Source: a virus (taxonomy: Duplodnaviria; Caudoviricetes). From it: DNA of 41,631 bases. Shown in pieces: positions 26,595 to 34,080 of this stretch. The notes under the pieces were generated by a model. That model made no database searches and was not told the DNA's origin. It saw only the letters and a list, made by a program, of their open reading frames with translations. The translations under genes were made by a program, and so were the position numbers. Location: positions 1 through 41,631 of the IMG/VR virus record IMGVR_UViG_3300032270_000152. One strand, written 5' to 3'. The stretch's first letter is position 1; every line of letters starts with the position of its first letter.

Positions 26595-27045
26595 TGTGGC
26601 CAGTCTTTGCGCTGATCCTTAGCAGCAGATCACGCTCCTGATCAGGTGGCAAGCCAGCGTCAATGATTGCCTGCACTGCCATCTCGATACCTTCTTGCCG
26701 ATAGCGCTGCATTGCGGCTGCATCGCTGTAGTGATCACGAAAGGCAGGCGAATGCGTGAGCATCCACGTTGTTGCTTTCAGGTCATTGTTTTCAGCGGCT
26801 TCAGCAACTTTGCCAATCAGCCGCATACCACCTGCAGCCCTACCTTCCTCAATAGCCTCGGACAGCTTGAGTTCTTCCGGTGTTGGACTGGGGCCTTTTG
26901 CATTCTTTAGCCATTGCCAAAGCATGGCATATGAAACCCCAGCAGCAGGCGCCAGATGTTCAAGAGGTGCGCCGAATTCCGCGAGGAAGCGCACCTTCTT
27001 GATCACATCATCGTTGAGTTTTCGATGAGTGCGAACTGGCTTCAT
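26581..27045 (-). CDS. terminase small subunit (putative)
   Basis: N-terminal HTH (AAGVSYAMLWQWL), DLKATTWML; overlaps the terL start. Confidence 0.75.
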   Translation of the reverse strand: MKPVRTHRKLNDDVIKKVRFLAEFGAPLEHLAPAAGVSYAMLWQWLKNAKGPSPTPEELKLSEAIEEGRAAGGMRLIGKVAEAAENNDLKATTWMLTHSPAFRDHYSDAAAMQRYRQEGIEMAVQAIIDAGLPPDQERDLLLRISAKTGHNANA

Positions 27046-28104
27046 TTACCGGACTTGAACAGGCATCACCAGGTACAGGCTATCGGCGTCAGTGGCGGAA
27101 GTGAACACCACAGGCGTCGTTGCCGTATTGGTCTTGATGCTCAGGGTATCACCACTGATGCCCTTGATGCCGTCGATCAGGTAGTGAACGTTTGCCGCCA
27201 TAGTCGGCAGCTTGCCGTCACAGGCGATCAGCTCGCTGCCGCTGTTGGCCTCAGCCTCGGCTGCAACCTTGAGCGCCATGCCATCAACCTGCAGCTTCAC
27301 GACGCTGTTGTGGCTGTCGGCGATGACGGCGACACGCTCCAAAGCGTGCAGCAATGACAGCCGGTTGACGGTCAGCACCTGCGCGAAGGATGCAGGGACA
27401 AGCGCCTGCACGTTCGGGTATGTGCCCTCCAGCGTCCCGGAGATGATCGTGGTGCCGTCTGCGAGCACGATGGCCGCCTGGCGATTGTCCACGGTCAGCA
27501 CGGCAGACTGCTTGACCTGCTGCAGTGTCCGGGCTGGCACCACCACGTCGAGATCTGCGATGTCGGCGGTGATGGATCGAGAGGCAAGCCGATGGCCGTC
27601 GGTGGCCTCGATGCGAAGCGTGCCGCCAGCGCTGCGCAAGTGGATGCCGGTCAGCAGCTGTTTGCTTGCGTCGGTCGCAACAGCAGGCATCACGGCAGCC
27701 AAAGCGCCGGAGAGGTCCACAGGAGCCCCTGCAGCGGCATCCACGGCAGGCAATGCGGGAAAGTCATCCGCAGAGGCCACTGAGAGGCTGTAAGAGCCGC
27801 TGGAAGCGGTCAACGTGACCCGTGCGCCATCAACGGCCAGCGAGAGCGCCTGAGAGCCGTCCAGACGGCCTGCGATGTCCGCCAGCAGCCGATGCGGCAC
27901 GACGGTGGCTCCAGGCACCTCCACGGCGGCGGTGATGGTGGTACTGATGCCGAGGTCCAGGTCGTAGGCGGTGACGCGCAGGTGGCCATCAGCGGCCTGC
28001 AGCAGCACGCCCGACAGGATCTGATGCGTGCGGCCACTGCCGACAGCACGCGAGACAAGTCGGAGCGCGTGTGAAAGTTCAGATTGTGCGACGAGGATTT
28101 TCAT
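27046..28104 (-). CDS. dnaN: DNA polymerase III beta sliding clamp
   Basis: ILSGVLL, AYDLDLGI, DDFPALP, ATDGHRL, GTYPN, YLVMPVQ; 352 aa. Confidence 0.95.
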   Translation of the reverse strand: MKILVAQSELSHALRLVSRAVGSGRTHQILSGVLLQAADGHLRVTAYDLDLGISTTITAAVEVPGATVVPHRLLADIAGRLDGSQALSLAVDGARVTLTASSGSYSLSVASADDFPALPAVDAAAGAPVDLSGALAAVMPAVATDASKQLLTGIHLRSAGGTLRIEATDGHRLASRSITADIADLDVVVPARTLQQVKQSAVLTVDNRQAAIVLADGTTIISGTLEGTYPNVQALVPASFAQVLTVNRLSLLHALERVAVIADSHNSVVKLQVDGMALKVAAEAEANSGSELIACDGKLPTMAANVHYLIDGIKGISGDTLSIKTNTATTPVVFTSATDADSLYLVMPVQVR

Positions 28105-28310
28105 CGAGCAGCTTCGGTGAGTGCGGAGATGATCTTGTCGTAATCGGCCTTGAATGATGCAACCAGATCCATGGGGATGGGTTGCTGATCATCTTGTGCA
28201 TTGTCGCGGATCGCGCAAGCGTAGGCGAGCGCATGATCCATGGCGTCACTGAGCCGGTTGATGACCGGCGTCTGCTTGGCGGGAATGTTGATCAAGTCGT
28301 GTGATGACAT
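28101..28310 (-). CDS. hypothetical protein
   Basis: MSSHDLINIPAKQ...; ATGA overlap with dnaN. Confidence 0.65.
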   Translation of the reverse strand: MSSHDLINIPAKQTPVINRLSDAMDHALAYACAIRDNAQDDQQPIPMDLVASFKADYDKIISALTEAAR

Positions 28311-28530
28311 ACGCAATGAGATGCTCGACATGTTGCTGACGCAAATCACCACGCATGTAGGTGGTGGCATCAGACACGAGGCGATGGTAGTCGGAGACGG
28401 TGAGCCGTGGCAATGCAGGGCTTAACGCTCTGTTACGCACGAGCTCTGCACGGCTGACACCGGCAACAGCAACCTGCTGATCCAGGACGGCGAGGTCTTC
28501 GGCTGGAAAACGGACTTTGACTTCTTGCAT
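28246..28530 (-). CDS. ribbon-helix-helix (CopG-like) DNA-binding protein
   Basis: MQEVKVRFPAEDLAVLDQQVAVAGVSRAELVRNRAL; TATGAT -10-like element upstream at 28553-28558. Confidence 0.75.
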   Translation of the reverse strand: MQEVKVRFPAEDLAVLDQQVAVAGVSRAELVRNRALSPALPRLTVSDYHRLVSDATTYMRGDLRQQHVEHLIAYVITRLDQHSRQADAGHQPAQ

Positions 28531-28559
28531 GGGATGGGAAAAACGAGTGGTGATCATAC

Positions 28560-28785
28560 GTCCAACCAGCGGTTTGAGGTTGGGACAGCGAAACCCCTTG
28601 CGGCGCAAGGCGTCTCCTAACCGTCTAACCTCCTAACCTCTAGTAGTAAGTAAGTAAAGAGGGGAAGGGCGGGGGTACGGGGTAACTCTGTAAGGGAAGT
28701 AGGTCGGCCCGATGGTTAGGCGGCTGAAACCCCTTGCGGCGCAAGGCGTCTGACCGTCTAGCCGTCATGTTGGCCGTCCAACTGG
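28560..28785. repeat. putative replication origin with direct repeats and iterons
   Basis: Identical 26-bp GAAACCCCTTGCGGCGCAAGGCGTCT at 28590-28615 and 28726-28751; short CTAACC/CCAACC units on both strands; directly downstream of the primase-helicase gene. Confidence 0.65.
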
Positions 28786-30827
28786 TAATACCACCGCCGC
28801 TTTCCGGTCGATTCGCGTTTTTTGGACCAACCCAGCTCTTTGAGGATGGATGCAACCTGCATTTGATCGGCTTTGGTCTGGCGCTCCATGGGCTTTTGGA
28901 TGGCCTTGGCGAGGATTTCCTCAGAGGTCAGCGGCTCCATGGATCGCCGGTCGGCAAGGTAGCTGAGGATGGCCGCACGCCATGGAGATTCAATCATGTA
29001 GGCATCATTTTCTTGCTGCACGGCTAATTCCATAGCAACAGGTAAGCGGCTTGTTTCACCATTGCGGTAGGCGTGAACGGCACCAGACCAGATCGCGTCG
29101 CGCTCCATCAGGAGCATGGCGGTGTTGATTTGATCCACTTGCGTCTTGGTTGTTGGTATTACCCAGAACCGGCGATTGCCTGTCTCATCAACCAAGAAAC
29201 CAGCGGTTTTGTTGGTGGTGCCAACAATAATTCCACGTCTAGGAAATGCCTCAACGGCTTTGCCGTATGGCACGCGAAGTAGGTCAACAGCTTGAGAAAG
29301 AAAGGCCTTGACTTGTCCAGCGTGCTTGCGGTTTGTGATGTGATCAAGTTCCGCCCATTCCATAATCCAGGAGCGATGGAGCACCATAACGTCGTCCTTG
29401 GTGCTGATGTCGCCCAAGGCGTCCGAGTAAAACGGACCACCGAGGCAACCCCAGAAACTGGATTTGTAGGCGCCTTGATCACCCATGATCACGCAGGCGG
29501 TGTCGTGCTTGTAGCCAGGGTCAAAGGCGCGAGCGACAGCGCCGATCAAGGTGCGCTTCAGCATTTCGTCGTAGATGGTGATTCCACCGCCTTGGTCGCC
29601 AGGCCGCAAATAGGCGGTTGCCAGACCGTCAATGTAGGCGGGTTCCACCTGCTGCTCGCAATGGGCCAGGTACTCGGTGACAGGGTTGTAGGGGTTTTCA
29701 TTGGCCACCTGCACGAGGCAGTCAATGGCAAGCTCCTTGCCGACCTTGTAGCCCATTTCGGCGAGCTTGAGATAAAAGCGGTCAGCGCCGTCGATGACGG
29801 CACCTTTGACCTCGATTTGCTGTGTGAAGACGTTGTATCGGATCTCGTCCGACTGGCTCCGCAGCAGAGCCAAAAGCTCGGCAGTCTCTAGCTTCTCCGG
29901 CTTGGTGATGATCGGAGGCTTTGGATCAGCTTGCTTGTCGTCGGCAACCGTTGCAAACGCAACCCGCGATTCACGCCTAGACGAGCGCCAACCGTCTTTC
30001 TTGGCCATATCGCCAAGGGTGCCGAGGCTGATGCCTGATTTTTTGAAGCTGCGCCACTTGCGCTGGCAGTCACTGGGCTTGTGCTTGCCCGACTGCGCTG
30101 ACCACTGTTCCCAATCATCCAGCAAAGCGTCGTCGCCCACGCTATGAAGCGCCATCCCAACGGCTAACCAGTCGTCGTAGTCATCGGCCCGGCTGCCAGA
30201 CAGCGCATCAAGGTATGACCGCGCCCTGGCTGAGTCATCCGTGCCGTGCACCACGACGGCAACTGGCACCGGCTCAGGCGCTGGCTTCAGCATCCGCTCA
30301 ATTAGGCAAAGCGGCGCCTCTGCTAGATCGAGGTCTTCGGGGCTGTATTTCGTGACCCAGTGGTAGCCGGTGGTGGTTGGGTGGGCGCCAGCGACGACGG
30401 ATTGACAACCGGTCCAGCGAAGCTCTACCTGTTCTGGCTTGCCGTCAGAGTCGGTGACGCCTGACTTGTATTTGCGTGTGGCAATCTCGGGCCAGAACTG
30501 CTCAGGTACGCGGTAGATGACTTGAAACCTTCCATCGCGACCTGATGTGACAGTCCACGATCGCGGCAGCGATGACATGGGGCAACCCCATTCGCGGAGG
30601 ATGGTGCTAGCGCTGCGACCATCGTGATCAAGAAACAGCAACCCTCCTGATGGCACGCCACAGCAAACGCCAATGGCCTTGGCGTGGCCGGATGCCAGCT
30701 CGGCTTCTAGATCGGCTTTGCTCAGCGGGTTTTCTTGCCACTTAGCCTGGTATGGACGTTTCTGGCCATCGACCGCGACGTAACCCCATTCATCGGGTAG
30801 CCGCGCAAGCTCTTGAGAAAGACTCAT
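28758..30827 (-). CDS. bifunctional primase-polymerase + PriCT-2 + VapE-like helicase
   Basis: FLDHDG, ELRWTGCQSV..G.HP (prim-pol); DYDDWLAVGMALH...WEQWS (PriCT-2); GDQGAYKS, EWAELD, GTTN, DETGNRRFW (VapE ATPase). Confidence 0.92.
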   Translation of the reverse strand: MSLSQELARLPDEWGYVAVDGQKRPYQAKWQENPLSKADLEAELASGHAKAIGVCCGVPSGGLLFLDHDGRSASTILREWGCPMSSLPRSWTVTSGRDGRFQVIYRVPEQFWPEIATRKYKSGVTDSDGKPEQVELRWTGCQSVVAGAHPTTTGYHWVTKYSPEDLDLAEAPLCLIERMLKPAPEPVPVAVVVHGTDDSARARSYLDALSGSRADDYDDWLAVGMALHSVGDDALLDDWEQWSAQSGKHKPSDCQRKWRSFKKSGISLGTLGDMAKKDGWRSSRRESRVAFATVADDKQADPKPPIITKPEKLETAELLALLRSQSDEIRYNVFTQQIEVKGAVIDGADRFYLKLAEMGYKVGKELAIDCLVQVANENPYNPVTEYLAHCEQQVEPAYIDGLATAYLRPGDQGGGITIYDEMLKRTLIGAVARAFDPGYKHDTACVIMGDQGAYKSSFWGCLGGPFYSDALGDISTKDDVMVLHRSWIMEWAELDHITNRKHAGQVKAFLSQAVDLLRVPYGKAVEAFPRRGIIVGTTNKTAGFLVDETGNRRFWVIPTTKTQVDQINTAMLLMERDAIWSGAVHAYRNGETSRLPVAMELAVQQENDAYMIESPWRAAILSYLADRRSMEPLTSEEILAKAIQKPMERQTKADQMQVASILKELGWSKKRESTGKRRWYYQLDGQHDG

Positions 30828-30988
30828 CGCTGGGTGCTCGACAGGATGCCATCGCGGTGCAGATCCATGGATTGCTGAAGCAAAAACCTGATGGCGGTGG
30901 CACGCGACATTCGATCGCCGCGCCATCTGTCAAGCCACTGCAGTAGGCCAGGGCTAAGGCGTACTGGTGTTGGGTGCGCTAACCGCAT
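30824..30988 (-). CDS. small ribbon-helix-helix regulator
   Basis: PTPVRLSPGLLQWLDRWRGDRMSRATAIRFLL; ATGA overlap with the primase gene. Confidence 0.7.
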   Translation of the reverse strand: MRLAHPTPVRLSPGLLQWLDRWRGDRMSRATAIRFLLQQSMDLHRDGILSSTQR

Positions 30989-31006
30989 CGAATCGGGCTT
31001 GGTGGC

Positions 31007-31040
31007 TTGCCAACTGTAGCCGCCACTGCTACCGTGACAA
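31007..31040. promoter_or_regulatory. overlapping divergent sigma70-type promoters
   Basis: Plus strand TTGCCA-17-TACCGT with TGn (31007-31035); minus strand TTGTCA-16-TACAGT (31040-31013); located at the strand switch. Confidence 0.55.
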
Positions 31041-31056
31041 GGCAAGCAGAGATGCC

Positions 31057-31239
31057 ATGCCGCCAACCAAACCAATTTTTCGCATCACCTACCTCCGGCC
31101 CTGGGGGCCATGCGTGGTCAATACCGCGCAGTTCCAAACAGAAACCGAGCTTCGGATTGGTTTTGCCAAATCCTATCCAGGCTGCGAGTTGGTTTCCGTT
31201 GAAGACGTGACCACCTACTTTTTCCCTGCAACCAAATAA
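31057..31239 (+). CDS. hypothetical protein
   Basis: MPPTKPIFRITYLRPWG...; first gene after the promoter; its stop overlaps the next gene's start. Confidence 0.65.
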   Translation: MPPTKPIFRITYLRPWGPCVVNTAQFQTETELRIGFAKSYPGCELVSVEDVTTYFFPATK

Positions 31240-32552
31240 GGATTTTTACAGAGGCAGATGTTTACACTGCATCACAGCAACGCTTAGACTTTATCTTTGC
31301 AAACTTTGCAAGGATTTACGTTTCTTTCTCTGGAGGCAAGGACTCTGGCGTACTGTTGAATCTTGTTATTGATTATGTGCGCAAACATGGAATTAAAACT
31401 AAGATTGGCGTGCAAATCATGGACAATGAAGCGAATTATACGCACAGCGAGCAGTTCATGCACGAAATCATTCAAGACAATTTAGACGTTCTTGATGTTT
31501 ACTGGTGCTGCCTTCCAATTACGCTTCCATGCACCGTTTCTTCTTATGAGATTGATTGGCAATGCTGGGGCGAAAACGATCGCCACAGATGGATTCGCCC
31601 CATGCCGGAGCAAGAGTATATTGTTAATTTGCAAAACCATCCTTTTGGCGATTTGTTTGTCGAAAATATGGACTACGCTACTTTTTGGGATATGTTTGCC
31701 GAGTGGTACAGCCAAGGCGAACCATGCGCTAACCTGATTGGCATCCGCACCGTTGAATCACTCAATCGGTTTCGGGCAATCATGAATCAAGATAAAGAAA
31801 CAATGCATGGAATGATGTGGACAAAGAAAAATACTGATCACACCTTTAATTGCTATCCAATTTACGACTGGCGTACAGAAGACATCTGGACTGCCAACGC
31901 CAAGTTCGGATGGAATTACAACAAACTTTACGACGTATTTTATATGGCTGGCATTCCAATCAAAAAAATGCGGGTTGCCTCGCCGTTCATGTCAGAGTCT
32001 AAATCTAGCCTTGCCATGTATCGGGTGATTGACCCGCAGATTTGGGCCAGGCTTTGCGCACGAGTTGGTGGCGCCAACTTTATGGCCACCTACGGAAAAC
32101 AACTTGACTACAAATCCTTCAGGCTGCCAGCCGGCCACACCTGGAAATCGTTCGTCAAGTTCCTGCTTGCCACTTTGCCAGATCAATCCAGCGCAAATTT
32201 TAAGCAGCGCTTCATTCAGTCAATCCGTTACTGGGGCAGAGTGGGGCGCGGTCTTCCTGATGTCATCATTGAAGCTCTTGGCCGCATTGGCATCCGTTTT
32301 TACATCAACGGCACCACGCGCCATGGCGGCAACAACCTACGCCGTGTTGTCATCAAGGTACCGCCCGACCACCTTGATAACCTGCCATGCCATAACAGCA
32401 TGGTCACGTCATGGAAGCGATTCGCTATCACTGTTCTCAAGAACGACCACACTTGCAAATACCTTGGCCTTGCTCCGACGCAAGAGCAGCAGCGCCGACA
32501 AAAGTCAATTCAACGCAAGTACAGCCAAGTCCTCAACCGCTCAATCAAATGA
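31236..32552 (+). CDS. IbrA/YbdN-like PAPS-reductase-family PP-loop protein with DUF3440; apparent ATA start
   Basis: YVSFSGGKDSG, LIGIRTVESLNR, YPIYDWRTEDIW, YNKLYD, MRVASPF, RVGGANF, SWKRFAITVLKND; the frame is open from 31203 but has no ATG/GTG/TTG before 31356. Confidence 0.9.
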   Translation: MRIFTEADVYTASQQRLDFIFANFARIYVSFSGGKDSGVLLNLVIDYVRKHGIKTKIGVQIMDNEANYTHSEQFMHEIIQDNLDVLDVYWCCLPITLPCTVSSYEIDWQCWGENDRHRWIRPMPEQEYIVNLQNHPFGDLFVENMDYATFWDMFAEWYSQGEPCANLIGIRTVESLNRFRAIMNQDKETMHGMMWTKKNTDHTFNCYPIYDWRTEDIWTANAKFGWNYNKLYDVFYMAGIPIKKMRVASPFMSESKSSLAMYRVIDPQIWARLCARVGGANFMATYGKQLDYKSFRLPAGHTWKSFVKFLLATLPDQSSANFKQRFIQSIRYWGRVGRGLPDVIIEALGRIGIRFYINGTTRHGGNNLRRVVIKVPPDHLDNLPCHNSMVTSWKRFAITVLKNDHTCKYLGLAPTQEQQRRQKSIQRKYSQVLNRSIK

Positions 32553-33484
32553 AAATTTTGAACGCCGCTCAACTTTCTGACGATCGCGTTGTGCAATGCC
32601 CTCGCGGTGGTTTCACCAGTCATCGTCTCGTCGTTGAAACGGATGGCATGGGCTACAGCATGACCAAAACTGTTATCCACCCTGGCAAGCCTCACCGCTG
32701 GCATTATCAGCACCATCTCGAAACTTGCTATTGCATCAGCGGCAAAGGTTTGCTGATCAACGAAGCAACGCAAGAAATGATTACGGTTGGCCCTGACGTG
32801 ACCTACGTGCTTGACAAGCACGATGCTCACACATTTGAAGCGTTAGAGCCAACCACGCTGATCTGCGTTTTCAATCCACCCCTCAAGGGCGACGAGCTTC
32901 ACGATGCAAACGACTCTTATCCTTGGCGATCTCCCGTCTATTCTGTTCGCAGCATTCCTATTGAAAAAGTTACCGCCAACGATTACAACCCCAACTCTGT
33001 GGCGCCACCTGAAATGGCACTACTTGAAACATCAATTTGGGAGGATGGTTACACGCAGCCCGTCGTGGTAGTACACGATGCCGAACAAGACCTTTATGTA
33101 GTTGTTGATGGCTTTCACCGTTATTTGACACTAAAAAACAGCCAGCGCATCCGCGAGCGCGAAGGCGGTCGGCTTCCTGTGGTCGTATTGCGTAAAGAAT
33201 TGCACGACAGGATGGCTTCAACCATCCGACACAACCGTGCACGTGGCTCGCATAACATTGAGCTTATGAGCGTGATTGTGTCAGAGCTTATTGAAATGGG
33301 CAAGGGCGACGCGTGGATCTGCAAGCACATTGGCATGAGCCCAGATGAGCTGTTGCGCCTTAAACAGGTCACGGGCTTGGCTTCTTTGTTTTTTGGCAAA
33401 GAATTTAGCAAATCATGGGAGGTCGATCAAATGGATGAAGCGGAGTTAGCTGATGAAGCTGAAGAGAGTTTGGTTGCCAATTGA
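32549..33484 (+). CDS. ectoine synthase (EctC)-like cupin fused to IbrB/ParB-sulfiredoxin-like domain
   Basis: aa 1-125: HYQHHLETCYCISGKG, YVLDKHDAH, CVFNPPLKGDELHD; aa ~128-311: ANDYNPNSVAPPEM.LL..SI.EDGYTQP, VVDGFHR, RMASTIRHNRARG; ATGA overlap. Confidence 0.9.
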   Translation: MKILNAAQLSDDRVVQCPRGGFTSHRLVVETDGMGYSMTKTVIHPGKPHRWHYQHHLETCYCISGKGLLINEATQEMITVGPDVTYVLDKHDAHTFEALEPTTLICVFNPPLKGDELHDANDSYPWRSPVYSVRSIPIEKVTANDYNPNSVAPPEMALLETSIWEDGYTQPVVVVHDAEQDLYVVVDGFHRYLTLKNSQRIREREGGRLPVVVLRKELHDRMASTIRHNRARGSHNIELMSVIVSELIEMGKGDAWICKHIGMSPDELLRLKQVTGLASLFFGKEFSKSWEVDQMDEAELADEAEESLVAN

Positions 33485-33878
33485 CCAATGGGAAGAGGTG
33501 CCAGCCAATATGTGGGGAGAGGTCGCTAACAGACGCCTTTACCTACAAAGAGCTGTTATCTTTACCGGCAATCATCGCCTTTACGGGCGATACATGAGGC
33601 GAGTCATCCACGAATGGCCTAACAGCTGCGTTAACGCCTTGACTGATTACAACTTGAATCGAAAAGCATGGATAGGGCACGCCGCCTGCGCGTTGGCCCT
33701 TAGATGCCCTGAAGACATCACTCGACAAGCATGGGGATTATTGACCGATGAACAACGGACACTGGCGAACCGACAAGCGGATCGAACCATTTGCGCCTGG
33801 GAGGTGTGCTACCGAGCGAGTCTTGGAATACGTCAAGACTTGGCAGCGCCGCTGCTATTCGGGGGGGATACCAGATGA
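33453..33878 (+). CDS. Trp-rich hypothetical protein of the IbrAB-like cassette
   Basis: WEE...MW, WPNSCVNALT, NRKAWIGHAAC, CPEDITRQAW; GGAG upstream; overlaps both neighbours. Confidence 0.8.
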   Translation: MKLKRVWLPIDQWEEVPANMWGEVANRRLYLQRAVIFTGNHRLYGRYMRRVIHEWPNSCVNALTDYNLNRKAWIGHAACALALRCPEDITRQAWGLLTDEQRTLANRQADRTICAWEVCYRASLGIRQDLAAPLLFGGDTR

Positions 33879-34080
33879 GGTGCCAGCAAAGATAGCTGCA
33901 TCTGGACGCGCTCCGTCTTGGCGTGCCGTGGCCATTGCCATACTTCAAAACGACTTGCATTTGTACCAACTTGGATATGCAAGACCTGCATATGATCAAC
34001 AGCGGCGAACCGTTCGCATGGCGCAGATTGCAATCCATGGTTGCGTACCTGAAGGAACTCAATTGGAGCTGTTTTTATGA
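33748..34080 (+). CDS. stand-alone DUF3440-like domain protein
   Basis: YVKTWQRRCYSGGIPDE...PSWRAVAIAILQNDLHLYQLG matches the C-terminus of 31236..32552; ATGA overlap with the helicase; start uncertain. Confidence 0.75.
   Translation: MNNGHWRTDKRIEPFAPGRCATERVLEYVKTWQRRCYSGGIPDEVPAKIAASGRAPSWRAVAIAILQNDLHLYQLGYARPAYDQQRRTVRMAQIAIHGCVPEGTQLELFL

Noticed and set aside
28590-28751. CRISPR-like palindromic repeats
   Set aside because: Only two copies, separated by 110 bp, and no cas genes.
31356-32552. ORF-track start at TTG 31356 for the PP-loop protein
   Set aside because: It would delete the SGGKDS catalytic motif; the coding frame clearly extends upstream to about 31236.
32549-32923. Ectoine biosynthesis as an auxiliary metabolic gene
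   Set aside because: No ectA/ectB in the window, the cupin is fused to a ParB-like domain, and two substrate-site residues appear changed.
32930-33484. ParABS partition system of a plasmid-like prophage
   Set aside because: No ParA ATPase is present; the motifs and neighbouring PP-loop gene indicate the IbrB subfamily.
31236-34080. Canonical Dnd/Ssp phosphorothioation operon
   Set aside because: No cysteine desulfurase, DndD ATPase or DndE is recognisable; only the PP-loop fold is shared.
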